Both the position numbers and the translations under genes were made by a program. From positions 142,876-206,875 of the forward strand of contig OY969885.1 in assembly GCA_963704325.1 (NCBI GenBank): 64,000 nucleotides of DNA, written 5' to 3'. This DNA is from an uncultured Chloroflexia bacterium (lineage in GTDB: Bacteria; Chloroflexota; Limnocylindria; Limnocylindrales; CSP1-4). Under the pieces are notes generated by a model. The model did not search any database and was not told the origin of the DNA. It saw only the letters and a list, made by a program, of their open reading frames with translations. Shown one piece after another: positions 38,331-48,186 of the stretch (the first letter of the stretch is position 1; each line of letters starts with the position of its first letter).

Positions 38331-38384
38331 GGGGCGACGCTGGTCTAGGGGCGACGCTGGTCTAGGGGCGACGCTGGTCTAGTT
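38331..38384. repeat. 17/18-bp tandem direct repeats GGGGCGACGCTGGTCTAG x3 followed by degenerate copies and palindromes
   Basis: 38331-38348, 38349-38365, 38366-38382, then TTGCGACGCTGGCGCAGG, palindrome GGCGACACCGTCGCC (38401-38415) and GTCGCCTAGGGACGC x2; convergent intergenic region between cpaB terminator and tadG stop. Confidence 0.8.
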
Positions 38385-38536
38385 GCGACGCTGGCGCAGG
38401 GGCGACACCGTCGCCTAGGGACGCGGTCGCCTAGGGACGCAGGGACGCGCGCCAGTGATCAGGAGTGATCCGGGTGGAACTGAGTACCGGCACGGCGAGC
38501 GCGCGGGCTTGGCGCGCTCCGTTCGTCAGCGCGGCT

Positions 38537-39673
38537 CTACTGGACCAGCTGAACTCCGAGCGAAGCCTCGTCGACGCAGTCGTCATCGTCCGCGACGCAG
38601 GGCTGCCACTCGCCCACTCGACCCTGGGTGATGTAGCGCACGAACCAGCCCTTGAAGCAGCTCGTGCCACCGTTGCCACCGATGTGAGGCTGGCCGGGAG
38701 CGGAGTTGCACGGACCGCTGTCGTTGCCCTGGATGTAGGCCTCGTGGAGGAGGAAATGGGCGAAGCGCGGGATGTGGTAGTAGAGATTGTTTCCATTGCC
38801 AGGATCGGTGCAGTCCGCCGGCAGTCCGCTACTCGGAATGTCGCGACACGTGGCATCGAACATCGGGATGATGATCACCGTGTCCTGGTAGGCGTTCATC
38901 GCGTTCTCGACGTTGTTGGCATTGCCCGGCTCAGTGTGCAGCCAGGTGGGAATGTCGAACGCTCCGTGACATGGATTGGCGATGACTGACGCCAGGTTTC
39001 CGCCACATCCAAAGTCGAGCCAGCCCACGCCGCCCGGCCCGTTCTTGCACAGCGGCACGATCGACATGTACTGGCCCGAGGTATCGGCAAGGGCCGTCTC
39101 CAGGCTGGTGAGCGGCCAGTCCACTCCGAGGCGCAATGGCTTGCTGGATCCATCACAGGTCGTGACCGGGATCGAGAACGTCACCGGCATCACGCCGCAA
39201 CCGTCGTTAGCCGCGCACATGCTGCGCAGTCCGCCCGCAAGCGCGCTCGCCTGTGCGCCCGCGGTCCAACTCGGCTGCCCGACCAATCCCGCCAGGAACG
39301 TGTCGAAGTTGCGCTGTCCGGCGGCGCGCACGCCGTCGGCTTCAGTCGGAATGCCGCCCCCACGCCCAACGGTGCCAACCACGGAGCCGCCGAAATCGAT
39401 GTAGTAGGAGGTGCCCATGGACGTGCCGCCGTTCTGGGCAAAGGCCGCGGTCATCGCGCTGACCACGTCAGCGTCGGTGCGCGAGTCACCGCTCATCTTT
39501 TCGGCAATCACGAGCGTGCCCGCCAGTGCGGCAGCATCGGCCGCATTCTGGGTGCCGCGTTGCTGTGCCATCGCATTACCGCCGTCGATGACCATCGCGG
39601 TGCCAGCCAGGATGACCGTCATCATGATGGCCATGATCGCCAGCGCCTGACCCTGCTCGGATCGCCGGTTCAT
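38537..39673 (-). CDS. tadG: TadG-like Flp pilus assembly protein (TadE/G N-domain + Cys-rich C-domain)
   Basis: QGQALAIMAIMMTVILAGTAMVIDGGNAMAQQRGTQNAADAAALAG = Tad N-terminal TadE/G-like domain; ATG at 39673 overlaps upstream tadE stop (ATGA). Confidence 0.65.
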   Translation of the reverse strand: MNRRSEQGQALAIMAIMMTVILAGTAMVIDGGNAMAQQRGTQNAADAAALAGTLVIAEKMSGDSRTDADVVSAMTAAFAQNGGTSMGTSYYIDFGGSVVGTVGRGGGIPTEADGVRAAGQRNFDTFLAGLVGQPSWTAGAQASALAGGLRSMCAANDGCGVMPVTFSIPVTTCDGSSKPLRLGVDWPLTSLETALADTSGQYMSIVPLCKNGPGGVGWLDFGCGGNLASVIANPCHGAFDIPTWLHTEPGNANNVENAMNAYQDTVIIIPMFDATCRDIPSSGLPADCTDPGNGNNLYYHIPRFAHFLLHEAYIQGNDSGPCNSAPGQPHIGGNGGTSCFKGWFVRYITQGRVGEWQPCVADDDDCVDEASLGVQLVQ

Positions 39674-40158
39674 GGACATGTCGTCTTACTCCCGTATGGG
39701 CACACGTATTCGATCGGCTCGATGCTCGTCGAGGACAGCGCGAAGGAGCTGACCAGGACGCTGACGATCGGCGTCAGGGGGGTAAAGCTCATGTGCGTGC
39801 GCACGATGGCAAGGCAGCCGATCAGCCTCGTTGCCTGCGGGCAGTTGTCCGCGCTGCTGCTGCAATTGACCTGCGCCGAATCGGCGTTCTTGAAGCACAC
39901 ATCCACGTTGCTGTTGGTGAGCCCGACCGTCGCGGCGACGGCGATCGCACTGGCGCGAACGCGCGCGGCATCCTGGTCCACGATTGCCATTCGGTTGGCC
40001 TGGCGCGCGGCCTGGTCCAGCGTGTTGTAGACGAACACGGCGCGGCCCATGTCGAACAGGCCGAGGATGACCACTACGAGGACCGGCAGCATGATCGCGA
40101 ACTCGACCAGCGACTGCCCCCTCTGCCTCGCGCCGGAGCGCACGACAGGAATCTTCAT
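39670..40158 (-). CDS. tadE: TadE-like pseudopilin
   Basis: 162 aa; RGQSLVEFAIMLPVLVVVILGLFDMGRAVFVYNTL = TadE signature; start overlaps upstream gene stop (ATGA). Confidence 0.7.
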   Translation of the reverse strand: MKIPVVRSGARQRGQSLVEFAIMLPVLVVVILGLFDMGRAVFVYNTLDQAARQANRMAIVDQDAARVRASAIAVAATVGLTNSNVDVCFKNADSAQVNCSSSADNCPQATRLIGCLAIVRTHMSFTPLTPIVSVLVSSFALSSTSIEPIEYVCPYGSKTTCP

Positions 40159-41291
40159 GGTCCGACCTGAACGGTCGCGTCGGAGCAGCCACCGGGCGGG
40201 TTGATGAGGCCACCGGCGAGCGATTGATAGCCGATCTTGTAGTTACCGCTGCCGGCCATGAAGCTCATGTTGCCCGACGTGAAGCCGGCGCCGGTCCACA
40301 GGGCCAAGGCGGAGTTCTTGCGTACGCCCGAGAAAGCCGGCACCTTGCACGTGACCAGGACGTAGTTCGTGCGCGTCACTGAACTGGCGTTCACGACCAA
40401 CGTGACCGAGTACTGGCCGCGCGCCGTGTAGGTATGGCTGACGGTGCCCGAACAGGCGTTGGACGTTCCGCCATCGCCGAAGCTCCAGAGGCAGTTGCCC
40501 TGCGTGCCCGTCGTCGTGTTGTAGAAAGTGACTCCCAGATTGGGGATGCCCACCACCAAGTTCTCGTCAATCGAGCCAGGGGGGCCGCCGCCGGATGAAT
40601 CCGCCGTTGTGGGCGAGCCGTAGAAGCTGACTACGACCGGCACCGGCGTCGGTGAAGGGGTGGGCCCGGGCGTCGAGCCGGGCAGCGTCGGCGTCGGCAG
40701 GGGCGGCAGCGAGGGCGTCGGCGGAAGGGTCGGCAAGGGCAGCGACAGCGTGGGTGAAGGCGTGGGCGCGTTGCCGCCGACCGTCGTATCTCCGATCGCG
40801 CCAGTGCGGACGTTGAACACGGCGGAAGCGGTCACCGCAACGTTGCCAGCGCCATCGCCGATGAGGTTGGAGATCAACGGAGTGAAGAGCTGGAAGCTGC
40901 ACGTCAGGTCAACCCGGACGCGCTTGCCCACGTCATAGCTGTTCCCGCTGTCCGGAAACGTGGGCGCAGGCAAGGTGCCCGGCAGCGTGCAGTTGATGCC
41001 CCGGGCGTCCTTGCCCATCAGCTCCCGGTAACGCGCCTGCAGGCTGGTGTCGCCGCCGTTCTGCCAGGCATCCGGGTTGAGCGCGGCGAAGTTGGCGCCC
41101 ACCCGGGCGACGTTGTTGAGGTTGACCCAACCCAGGTAGACGCGACCGAAGTCGACGGCAAACAGGAGGATCAACAGCAGTACGGGAATGACGATGGCGA
41201 ACTCGACCAGGCTCTGGCCGCGTTCGCGCGGGCGCGAGCCGAGATCCACTCCAGTTGACGGATTCCCTCGGATCAATCCAGTCTCTGCCAT
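40155..41291 (-). CDS. TadE-like pseudopilin fused to Pro/Thr-rich linker, PKD domain and PASTA-like C-terminal module
   Basis: 378 aa; N-term RGQSLVEFAIVIPVLLLILLFAVDFGRVYLGW (TadE); linker PTPSPTLSLPLPTLPPTPSLPPLPTPTLPGSTPGPTPSPTPVP; PKD-like VSFYGSP...WSFGDGGTS...VSHTYTARGQYSVTLVV; then CKVPAFSGVRKNSALALWTGAGFTSG resembling PASTA. Confidence 0.65.
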   Translation of the reverse strand: MAETGLIRGNPSTGVDLGSRPRERGQSLVEFAIVIPVLLLILLFAVDFGRVYLGWVNLNNVARVGANFAALNPDAWQNGGDTSLQARYRELMGKDARGINCTLPGTLPAPTFPDSGNSYDVGKRVRVDLTCSFQLFTPLISNLIGDGAGNVAVTASAVFNVRTGAIGDTTVGGNAPTPSPTLSLPLPTLPPTPSLPPLPTPTLPGSTPGPTPSPTPVPVVVSFYGSPTTADSSGGGPPGSIDENLVVGIPNLGVTFYNTTTGTQGNCLWSFGDGGTSNACSGTVSHTYTARGQYSVTLVVNASSVTRTNYVLVTCKVPAFSGVRKNSALALWTGAGFTSGNMSFMAGSGNYKIGYQSLAGGLINPPGGCSDATVQVGP

Positions 41292-41406
41292 CAGGCTGCA
41301 CGAAAACGCCGGCTGCGCCGGTTTGGACGCTCAGTGAAGCGCGCGAGCGGGTGATGCGAATGCCCATCTAAAGTCTGTCGCGCCGCGCACGAAAGTCCCG
41401 TCCGAT

Positions 41407-42075
41407 TCAGCCGATGCCGAGCACTCCAGCGAGAAAGTCGGCCAGAGCGTCTTCGACAAGAGCACGCGTCTGGTCGAGTGGGGACTCCGTCGATAGGCGG
41501 CGAACGCCCTGCGCGCCGCTCAGCTGCGCGGCCAGAGAGTCGGCCAGGTTCGTGCCCTGTGCCTGGAGGCGGCGCTCGATATCCGCGTTGTCCATGCCCC
41601 GCGCGGCGAGCCGGGCACGTTGCGTTGCGGACTCGCATTCGATGATCCAGACCTCGTCGCAGCGCTGCGCAAGGCCGCCCTCGATGAGTTTGATTGCTTC
41701 GACGGCGACGAACGGTGCCTGGGCTGCCGCGGCCCGCTCCAGCTCGACGTCGACCAGGGCGCGCACGCCGGGGTGGACGATCGCCTCGAGATCGCGCAAC
41801 GCGCCCGCGTCGCCGAAGACCACGTTTGCGAGGGCCGCTCGATCCAGCTCGCCGAGCTCGTCGAACACGGCATCGCCGAAGCGCGCCCGGATGGGCGCCA
41901 GCGCCGCCGCGCCTGGCTGGGTCACTCTCCGCGCGAGCTCGTCGGCATCTACGGCGTCGCCGCCCAACTCCACCAGCATGCGCGCCACGGTCGACTTGCC
42001 ACACCCGATCGGACCGGTCAGGCCGATCAGCGGAACCCGCCCGCCGCGGTCTACGCCGGGGCTCCACTCGCCCAT
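41407..42075 (-). CDS. coaE: dephospho-CoA kinase
   Basis: IGLTGPIGCGKSTVARML P-loop, CoaE fold; ATG at 42075 overlaps ABC-F stop (ATGA). Confidence 0.85.
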   Translation of the reverse strand: MGEWSPGVDRGGRVPLIGLTGPIGCGKSTVARMLVELGGDAVDADELARRVTQPGAAALAPIRARFGDAVFDELGELDRAALANVVFGDAGALRDLEAIVHPGVRALVDVELERAAAAQAPFVAVEAIKLIEGGLAQRCDEVWIIECESATQRARLAARGMDNADIERRLQAQGTNLADSLAAQLSGAQGVRRLSTESPLDQTRALVEDALADFLAGVLGIG

Positions 42076-44066
42076 CAGCGCGGTGCCTGCTCGGCCAGGG
42101 TGAGCCACGCGTCCTCGGCCTGGGCGAGGGCAGCATCGACGTCGGCCAGCTCGCTGCTGACCCTGCGCAGCTCAACGAAATTCGACTGCACGGCCGAATC
42201 ACCCAGCGCCAGCTCGAGCTGCGACTTGCGCAGCCCAAGCCGAGTCAGGTCCTCTTCGACGATCTGGCGTCGGCGCCGATAAGCGTCCTTGGACAGGCGC
42301 GGCCCGCCTGCCGATCGCGTCCGGCCGGGGCTGCGCGTGGCCTGGCCGGATGCAGCACCAGCCGACTTTCGCTGGGTCGCCTGCGGCTCGGCCACAGACG
42401 CTGGCTCCGACCTTCCCGCGATGGCACCGTCAACCGTCCAGCCGGCCGATTGCGCGGCACGCCACTCGCTGTACGACCCGTTGAAGCGGGCGACGCGTGC
42501 CGGCTTGTCGTCCGTGGCACCGGCCACGACCCACAGCTCGGTGCACACCGCGTCGAGCAGGCGCCGGTCATGTGACACGACGATGACTGTGCCCGATGCG
42601 TCGCGCAGGAAGGTCTCGAGCGCCTCACGCGCGGGGATGTCGAGGTGGTTGGTTGGCTCGTCGAGGAGCAGCAGGTTGGCCGCCTGCAGGCCGACGAGGG
42701 CCAGCTCGAGCCGCGAGCGCTCGCCGCCGGACAGCTTGTCGACCGCCTTGAACACGTCGTCGCCGCGGAACAGGAAGCGCGCCAGGTACGAGCGCGCCGG
42801 CCCCTCATCCAGCCCCGCTCCGTTGGCCAGTGCCTCGAGCACGGTCGTGCCCGGCGCGGGCCGACGCCGGACCTGGGCCAGGTAGCCGACCTGCACCTTG
42901 TGACCCAGGTCGAGCACGCCATCGAGGGGCGGCAGCTCGCCCGCGATCGTGCGCATCAGCGTCGTCTTGCCCGAGCCATTGGGTCCGATCAGCCCGATCC
43001 GGGCACCGCGGCGCGCCTCCAACCGATCGACGCGAATGATCGGCTTCGAGTCGTAGCCGCCCACGAGCGCGTCGAGGCTGACGACGACATCGCCTGACCG
43101 GACGCTGCCCCGGCCTATGCCATCGAGCGTCAGCGCGGCGTCTGCGCGCCTGAGCGCACCGCTCTGGGCCTGCACCTGGAGCGCTTCCAGCCGGCGTTCG
43201 TGCTCGTGCATCTTCGAGTACTTGCGATGGCTGCGATAGCGCTGGACCAGCTCCCGTTCACGGTCGATCGAGTCCGAGCGGACCGCGTCGTCCTTGCGCG
43301 CCCGCGCGTCGCGCTCCTCGCGCTGCGTGAGGTAGGCCGAGTAGTTGCCGCGGAAGACGGTCAGGCGGCGGTCGCGCAGCTCCCAGATGCGGCCAACCGT
43401 GGCATCCAGGAACGCGCGGTCGTGCGACGCGACGAGCAGTGCGCCTGCTCGTGAAGCAAGAAGACCCTCGAGCCACTCGATCGCGGTCACGTCGAGGTGG
43501 TTGGTCGGCTCGTCGAGCATCAGCAGGTCGAGTTCGGCGACCAGGAGACGGGCCAGTGCCGCGCGCGTCTGCTGCCCGCCGGACATGGCGCTCACCGGCC
43601 GCGTCCAGTCGGCGCGCTCGAAGCCAAGGCCGGATAGCGCGGCGTCGACGCGGATGTCGAGCGAGTAGCCGCCGCGCACCTCGAACCGGTCGCGCAGATC
43701 CGCGTACTCGGCCGACGTGACGGCCTCGGCCCCGGCCGATTCCAGCTCGGCCAGCCGGCGCTCCATGGACTCGAGGTCACCGGCCCCGCTGCGCACGGCC
43801 GATCGCAGCTCGGGCGCCGAGATCAGGCCCGGATCGAGGTTTGCCTCCTGGGTCAGCAGGCCGATGGCGAGGCCCGAGCGCTGGGCGACGTGACCGGAGT
43901 CGGGCGGCTCGAGCCCGGCGGCAATGCGCAGCATCGTCGTCTTGCCGGCACCGTTGGCGCCTACCAGGCCGACCTTTTCGTCGTGCGCCATTGATGCGCT
44001 TACCGAATCGAGGATCACGAAGGTGCCGATCTCGCGCCGGACATTGCTCAGCCTGAGGATTGCCAC
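42075..44066 (-). CDS. ABC-F family ATPase (Uup/EttA-like, two ABC domains + C-terminal coiled-coil)
   Basis: 663 aa; two Walker A (GANGAGKTT, GPNGSGKTT), two LSGGE signatures, charged linker, coiled-coil C-terminus. Confidence 0.85.
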   Translation of the reverse strand: MAILRLSNVRREIGTFVILDSVSASMAHDEKVGLVGANGAGKTTMLRIAAGLEPPDSGHVAQRSGLAIGLLTQEANLDPGLISAPELRSAVRSGAGDLESMERRLAELESAGAEAVTSAEYADLRDRFEVRGGYSLDIRVDAALSGLGFERADWTRPVSAMSGGQQTRAALARLLVAELDLLMLDEPTNHLDVTAIEWLEGLLASRAGALLVASHDRAFLDATVGRIWELRDRRLTVFRGNYSAYLTQREERDARARKDDAVRSDSIDRERELVQRYRSHRKYSKMHEHERRLEALQVQAQSGALRRADAALTLDGIGRGSVRSGDVVVSLDALVGGYDSKPIIRVDRLEARRGARIGLIGPNGSGKTTLMRTIAGELPPLDGVLDLGHKVQVGYLAQVRRRPAPGTTVLEALANGAGLDEGPARSYLARFLFRGDDVFKAVDKLSGGERSRLELALVGLQAANLLLLDEPTNHLDIPAREALETFLRDASGTVIVVSHDRRLLDAVCTELWVVAGATDDKPARVARFNGSYSEWRAAQSAGWTVDGAIAGRSEPASVAEPQATQRKSAGAASGQATRSPGRTRSAGGPRLSKDAYRRRRQIVEEDLTRLGLRKSQLELALGDSAVQSNFVELRRVSSELADVDAALAQAEDAWLTLAEQAPR

Positions 44067-44081
44067 TTCTTCGTCCGGGCC

Positions 44082-45005
44082 TCAGCGCTGCGCTGCGAGC
44101 ATGGCGGCGACCGATGCGGTGCGATCGCGCTGCGGCAGGCGCTGGCACCAGGAGCAGAAATGGGTGCTGCGCGCGCCGACGACGATGCGCTTCGTTCGCC
44201 TGCCGCAGCGCGGACATGGCTTGCCGGTACGCCCGTAAACGTTCAAGAAGTTCTGCATCTCGCCGCGCCCCTCCGGCGCGCGATAGTCGTCGACGGAGCT
44301 GCCGCGCCTGTCTATCGCCTCGACGAGCACCGAGCGCAACGCGTGGTACAGGTCGCGCTCCTGGCCCGGGCGCAGACCGGCTGCGCTGCGCAACGGGTGC
44401 AGGCGGGCGCGCCAGAGCGCCTCGTCGGCGTAGATATTGCCCACCCCGGCCAGGAAGCCCTGGTCCATGAGCAGTGTCTTGAGGCGCGCCCTGCGCACCC
44501 TCAGCCGCCGTCGAAAGTCGCGCAGCGAGAAAGAATCATCGAGCGGCTCCGGCCCGAACGCCTCGAACAGGGCACCGGCCTCGTCAGCGCCCAGGATCTC
44601 GCCCGCCTCGTCGCGCCGATAGAGCCCCACCCGACCGAATTTGCGCGTGTCGCGCATGCGCAGCTCTGTCCCGTCATCCAGGCTGAGCACGATGTGAACG
44701 TGGCGATCACGAGGCGCGTCGGGCGGCACCACATCGAGCTGGCCGGTCATCTTGACCTGGATCGCCAGGACCGCCTCGTCGCCGGCCGAGTCCGGGCCGC
44801 GCTGGCCGGTCAGCGAGACGACCAGCCACTTGGCGCGGCGGTCCACCGATAGCACCTGCCGGCCGCGCAAAGCGGGCACGAACTCGTCCGGCGCAGGATG
44901 CTTGACCTGGCGCGGCCAGTCGAACCAGCCATCGATGATGGTCCGGCCCACGAGCCGCGGGCGCAGCTCGCGCGCGATCGTTTCAACTTCGGGCAGCTCC
45001 GGCAT
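44082..45005 (-). CDS. mutM: formamidopyrimidine-DNA glycosylase
   Basis: MPELPEVETIAREL N-terminus, H2TH, C-terminal zinc finger CPRCG..., 307 aa. Confidence 0.9.
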   Translation of the reverse strand: MPELPEVETIARELRPRLVGRTIIDGWFDWPRQVKHPAPDEFVPALRGRQVLSVDRRAKWLVVSLTGQRGPDSAGDEAVLAIQVKMTGQLDVVPPDAPRDRHVHIVLSLDDGTELRMRDTRKFGRVGLYRRDEAGEILGADEAGALFEAFGPEPLDDSFSLRDFRRRLRVRRARLKTLLMDQGFLAGVGNIYADEALWRARLHPLRSAAGLRPGQERDLYHALRSVLVEAIDRRGSSVDDYRAPEGRGEMQNFLNVYGRTGKPCPRCGRRTKRIVVGARSTHFCSWCQRLPQRDRTASVAAMLAAQR

Positions 45006-45013
45006 GTGGCGCC

Positions 45014-47968
45014 CTACGCCGGAATCAGCGCGAGTGACTCCCAGTCGTCGCCGCTCTTGACGTCCACGGTGAGCGGCACGTCCAGCTTGACCGCACTCTC
45101 CATCTCCTCGCGCACGATGGGGGCGATCGTTGCGACGTCCGCGCGAGGAACCTCGAGCAGCAGCTCGTCGTGAACCTGGAGCAGCATGCGTGCCCGTGCG
45201 CCTTCGCGCGTCAGGCGCTCGAAGAGCCGGATCATGGCGACCTTGACGATGTCTGCGGCCGTGCCCTGGATGGGCATGTTGATCGCCATCCGCTCCCCTG
45301 CTCCACGCAGTGACGGGTTGCGCGCCGACAGCTCGGGAATCCAGCGCCGGCGGCCGAACAGGGTCGACACGTAGCCCTGCTCTCGGGCGACGTCCTTGAT
45401 CTGCATCATGTAATAGCTGATACCCGAGTAGGCCGCGAAGTAGCTGTTGATGAATTCCTGCGCCTCCGCCCGTGGAATGTTCGCCCGGCTCGACAGGCCG
45501 AAGTCGCTCATGCCGTAGGCCAGTCCGAAGTTGACCATCTTGGCCATCGAGCGCTCGTCGCTGGTCACGTCGGCGGCGTCCTTCTTGAGCACGCGCGCGG
45601 CGGTCTCGCGGTGGATGTCCGCGCGCCGCTCGAAAGCCTCCTTAAGGTGCACATCGCCCGACACGTGGGCCAGGATGCGCAGCTCGATCTGTGAATAGTC
45701 GGCGGCGAGCAGGACGACGTCCGGGCCGCCGGCCACGAACGTGTGGCGGATCTTGCGCCCAAGCTCTGAGCGGATGGGGATGTTCTGCAGGTTCGGATCT
45801 GTCGAGCTCAGGCGGCCCGTAGTGGCCACTGCCTGGTGGAACGTGGTGTGCAGGCGACCGGTGGTGACGTCGAGCAGCAGCGGCAGGGCCTCGACGTAGG
45901 TGCTGCGCAGCTTCGTGTACGTGCGCCATTCGAGGATCTTGTCGATCGCCGGGTGCGCCGGGCGCAGGTCCTCCAGGACGGCCGCCTCGGTCGAGAAACC
46001 GGTCTTGGTGCGCCGTCCCCGAGGCAGGTTCAGCTCGTAGAAGAGCACCTGTTCGAGCTGCTTGGGGCTACCGATCGTGAACTGGTGGCCCACGTCGTCG
46101 TAGATCTCCTGCTCCAGACGCGCGATCTCGACGCTGAAGGCGGAGGACAGCGTGCCCAGCGCCTCTCGGTCGATGGCGACGCCGGTTGCCTCCATCGCTG
46201 CCAGGACCGGGATGAGCGGCAGCTCGATCTCGCGCAGCACCCGGCTGAGGTCGGCATTGGCGAGCAGGTCGGCCTCGAGCGGCTCGCGCGCCGCGCAGAT
46301 GGCGGCCGCCTGCAACGCCGCATGATCCGCGCCGCCGAGCGCGCCGTCAGCCGGCAGCTCAATCTCCAGCCGCTCCGACGCGATGCTGGCCAGCGTCTGG
46401 CTGCGCAACGCGGCATTCAGGATGTACGCGGCAACCTGGGTGTCCAGGGCGACCGGCGGCAGCGAGCGTGCCTCGTGCAGGGGATTGCCGGCGGCGGCAG
46501 GATCACGGCGCGCAAGCTCCCAGCCGAAGAGGAGCTTGAGCTCATGTCCGACCAGCGGACGGCCGGCGGCAAGCAGCGCATCCACCAGGCGCGGTGCGGC
46601 CTCCGCGCCTGTCGTCACGATGCGCCCCGCGCGATCGGCGATGGCCAGGCCGAGCAACTCGCCCCGCCGCGGTCGCTGGTCCGTCAGCGCCAGGCCCACG
46701 GTCAGGTCTGGCTGAGCGGCAAGCCACTCCGCGAGTCCGTCGGCGGAGTCAACGCGCTGGGCCATGGACGGGTCGCGCAGCAGCCCGGCGAGACGCTCGC
46801 GCGCACTCGCCTGGGGCGCCGCCATCGCCTCCGCCAGCGGCCGGGTGGAGGACCCTGTGCCATCCTCTGCGCGGCTGTTGCCGTCGCCGGCGGTGCTCGG
46901 CTCGCTCGCCCTACTTGGCTCGCTCGGCGCTCGGCCGCCGCCCGTCGCCGCGTCGAAGTCGAGGCTGAGCTGCATTCCGCCGCCTTCGGCCGCCATTCGC
47001 TGCGCGGCGGTGGGCCGCCCCGCGACCGCGACTGCTGGAACTGGCCCCAGTCGATCTGCCTCGCGCAGCAGCTCGCCCGGTGCATGGACGTCCTCGCCGG
47101 TCATCCCGGGCAGGCGCTCGACGAGCGAGCGGAACTCGTACTCGCGGAACAGGCGCAGGACCTCCTGGCGGTCGTAGTCACCCAGCCTGGCCGGCTCCAG
47201 CGCCAGCTCGACGGGCGTGTCGGACCGGACGGTGACCAGCTCGCGCCAGCGGAACACGTTGTCGCGGTGCTCGGCAAGCTTGGCGCGCAGCTTCTCGGGC
47301 ATCACCGAGTCGAGGCTGGCATAGATGCCATCGACGGAGCCGTGGTCGATGACCAGCCGCGCGGCGGTTTTCTCGCCCACGCCGGGGATGCCCGGAATGT
47401 TGTCCGTCGTGTCGCCCTTGAGCGCCTTGAAGTCAATCATCTGGTGCGGATGGAGCCCGTAGCGCTCCATGACCTTGTCCGGGTCGTAGTAAGTCGTCTG
47501 CTGCACGCCGCCGCGGGTGGTCATCAGCGTCGTCCGGTCGCTCACCAGCTGGAGCAGGTCAAGGTCGCCTGACACGATCGTCGTCTCGACGTCTCCAGCC
47601 TCCGCCTGGCGCACGAGAGAGGCGATCAGGTCGTCCGCCTCAAAGCCCTGCAGCTGGTAGATGGGGATGCCGAACGCCTCGATGAGCTGACGGACGACGG
47701 GGAACTGTTCGCGCAGGTCATCTGGCATCTCACGTCGCGTCGCCTTGTAGTCGGCGAACTGCTCGTGGCGGAAGGTGGGCCCGGACAGGTCGAAGCAGGC
47801 GATGACATAGTCGGGTTTAACGTCCTGGAAGCCGCGCAGCACGATGCTCCAGAAGCCGAAGACGGCGTTGACCAACGTGCCCTTGCTGGTCGTCAGGGGC
47901 GTGTTGATCAGCGCGAAATAGCCGCGATAAATAAGGCTGTTGGAGTCAAGGAGCATGAGCCGCGGCAC
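45014..47968 (-). CDS. polA: DNA polymerase I
   Basis: 984 aa; 5'-3' exonuclease (MLLDSNSLIYRGYFAL), Ala/Gly-rich insert, polymerase motifs (RRRWIPEL..., HTFVAG, YGMSDFGLS...). Confidence 0.9.
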   Translation of the reverse strand: MPRLMLLDSNSLIYRGYFALINTPLTTSKGTLVNAVFGFWSIVLRGFQDVKPDYVIACFDLSGPTFRHEQFADYKATRREMPDDLREQFPVVRQLIEAFGIPIYQLQGFEADDLIASLVRQAEAGDVETTIVSGDLDLLQLVSDRTTLMTTRGGVQQTTYYDPDKVMERYGLHPHQMIDFKALKGDTTDNIPGIPGVGEKTAARLVIDHGSVDGIYASLDSVMPEKLRAKLAEHRDNVFRWRELVTVRSDTPVELALEPARLGDYDRQEVLRLFREYEFRSLVERLPGMTGEDVHAPGELLREADRLGPVPAVAVAGRPTAAQRMAAEGGGMQLSLDFDAATGGGRAPSEPSRASEPSTAGDGNSRAEDGTGSSTRPLAEAMAAPQASARERLAGLLRDPSMAQRVDSADGLAEWLAAQPDLTVGLALTDQRPRRGELLGLAIADRAGRIVTTGAEAAPRLVDALLAAGRPLVGHELKLLFGWELARRDPAAAGNPLHEARSLPPVALDTQVAAYILNAALRSQTLASIASERLEIELPADGALGGADHAALQAAAICAAREPLEADLLANADLSRVLREIELPLIPVLAAMEATGVAIDREALGTLSSAFSVEIARLEQEIYDDVGHQFTIGSPKQLEQVLFYELNLPRGRRTKTGFSTEAAVLEDLRPAHPAIDKILEWRTYTKLRSTYVEALPLLLDVTTGRLHTTFHQAVATTGRLSSTDPNLQNIPIRSELGRKIRHTFVAGGPDVVLLAADYSQIELRILAHVSGDVHLKEAFERRADIHRETAARVLKKDAADVTSDERSMAKMVNFGLAYGMSDFGLSSRANIPRAEAQEFINSYFAAYSGISYYMMQIKDVAREQGYVSTLFGRRRWIPELSARNPSLRGAGERMAINMPIQGTAADIVKVAMIRLFERLTREGARARMLLQVHDELLLEVPRADVATIAPIVREEMESAVKLDVPLTVDVKSGDDWESLALIPA

Positions 47969-48186
47969 CTGCCGAGTGTACCGGCGCCCGGCCCTCAGGC
48001 CGGTCCGCTGCGCATGGCGGCCGACTTGTTCGCACCCGGCGAAGTAACAGCCAGGCTCCAGCGTTCCAGGGGCAAAAATCGTCTACATCTCGGCCGTTTG
48101 TTCCGTCCCGGCGAACAGGCGGGAAAGTAGTGGTCCGTCGAGGCGAGATGTCGGCCGATGTTTCGGCCGGGGCGATCAGCAGCGCG

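Noticed and set aside
45836-47572. 578-aa plus-strand ORF
   Set aside because: It is antisense to polA and has low-complexity composition.
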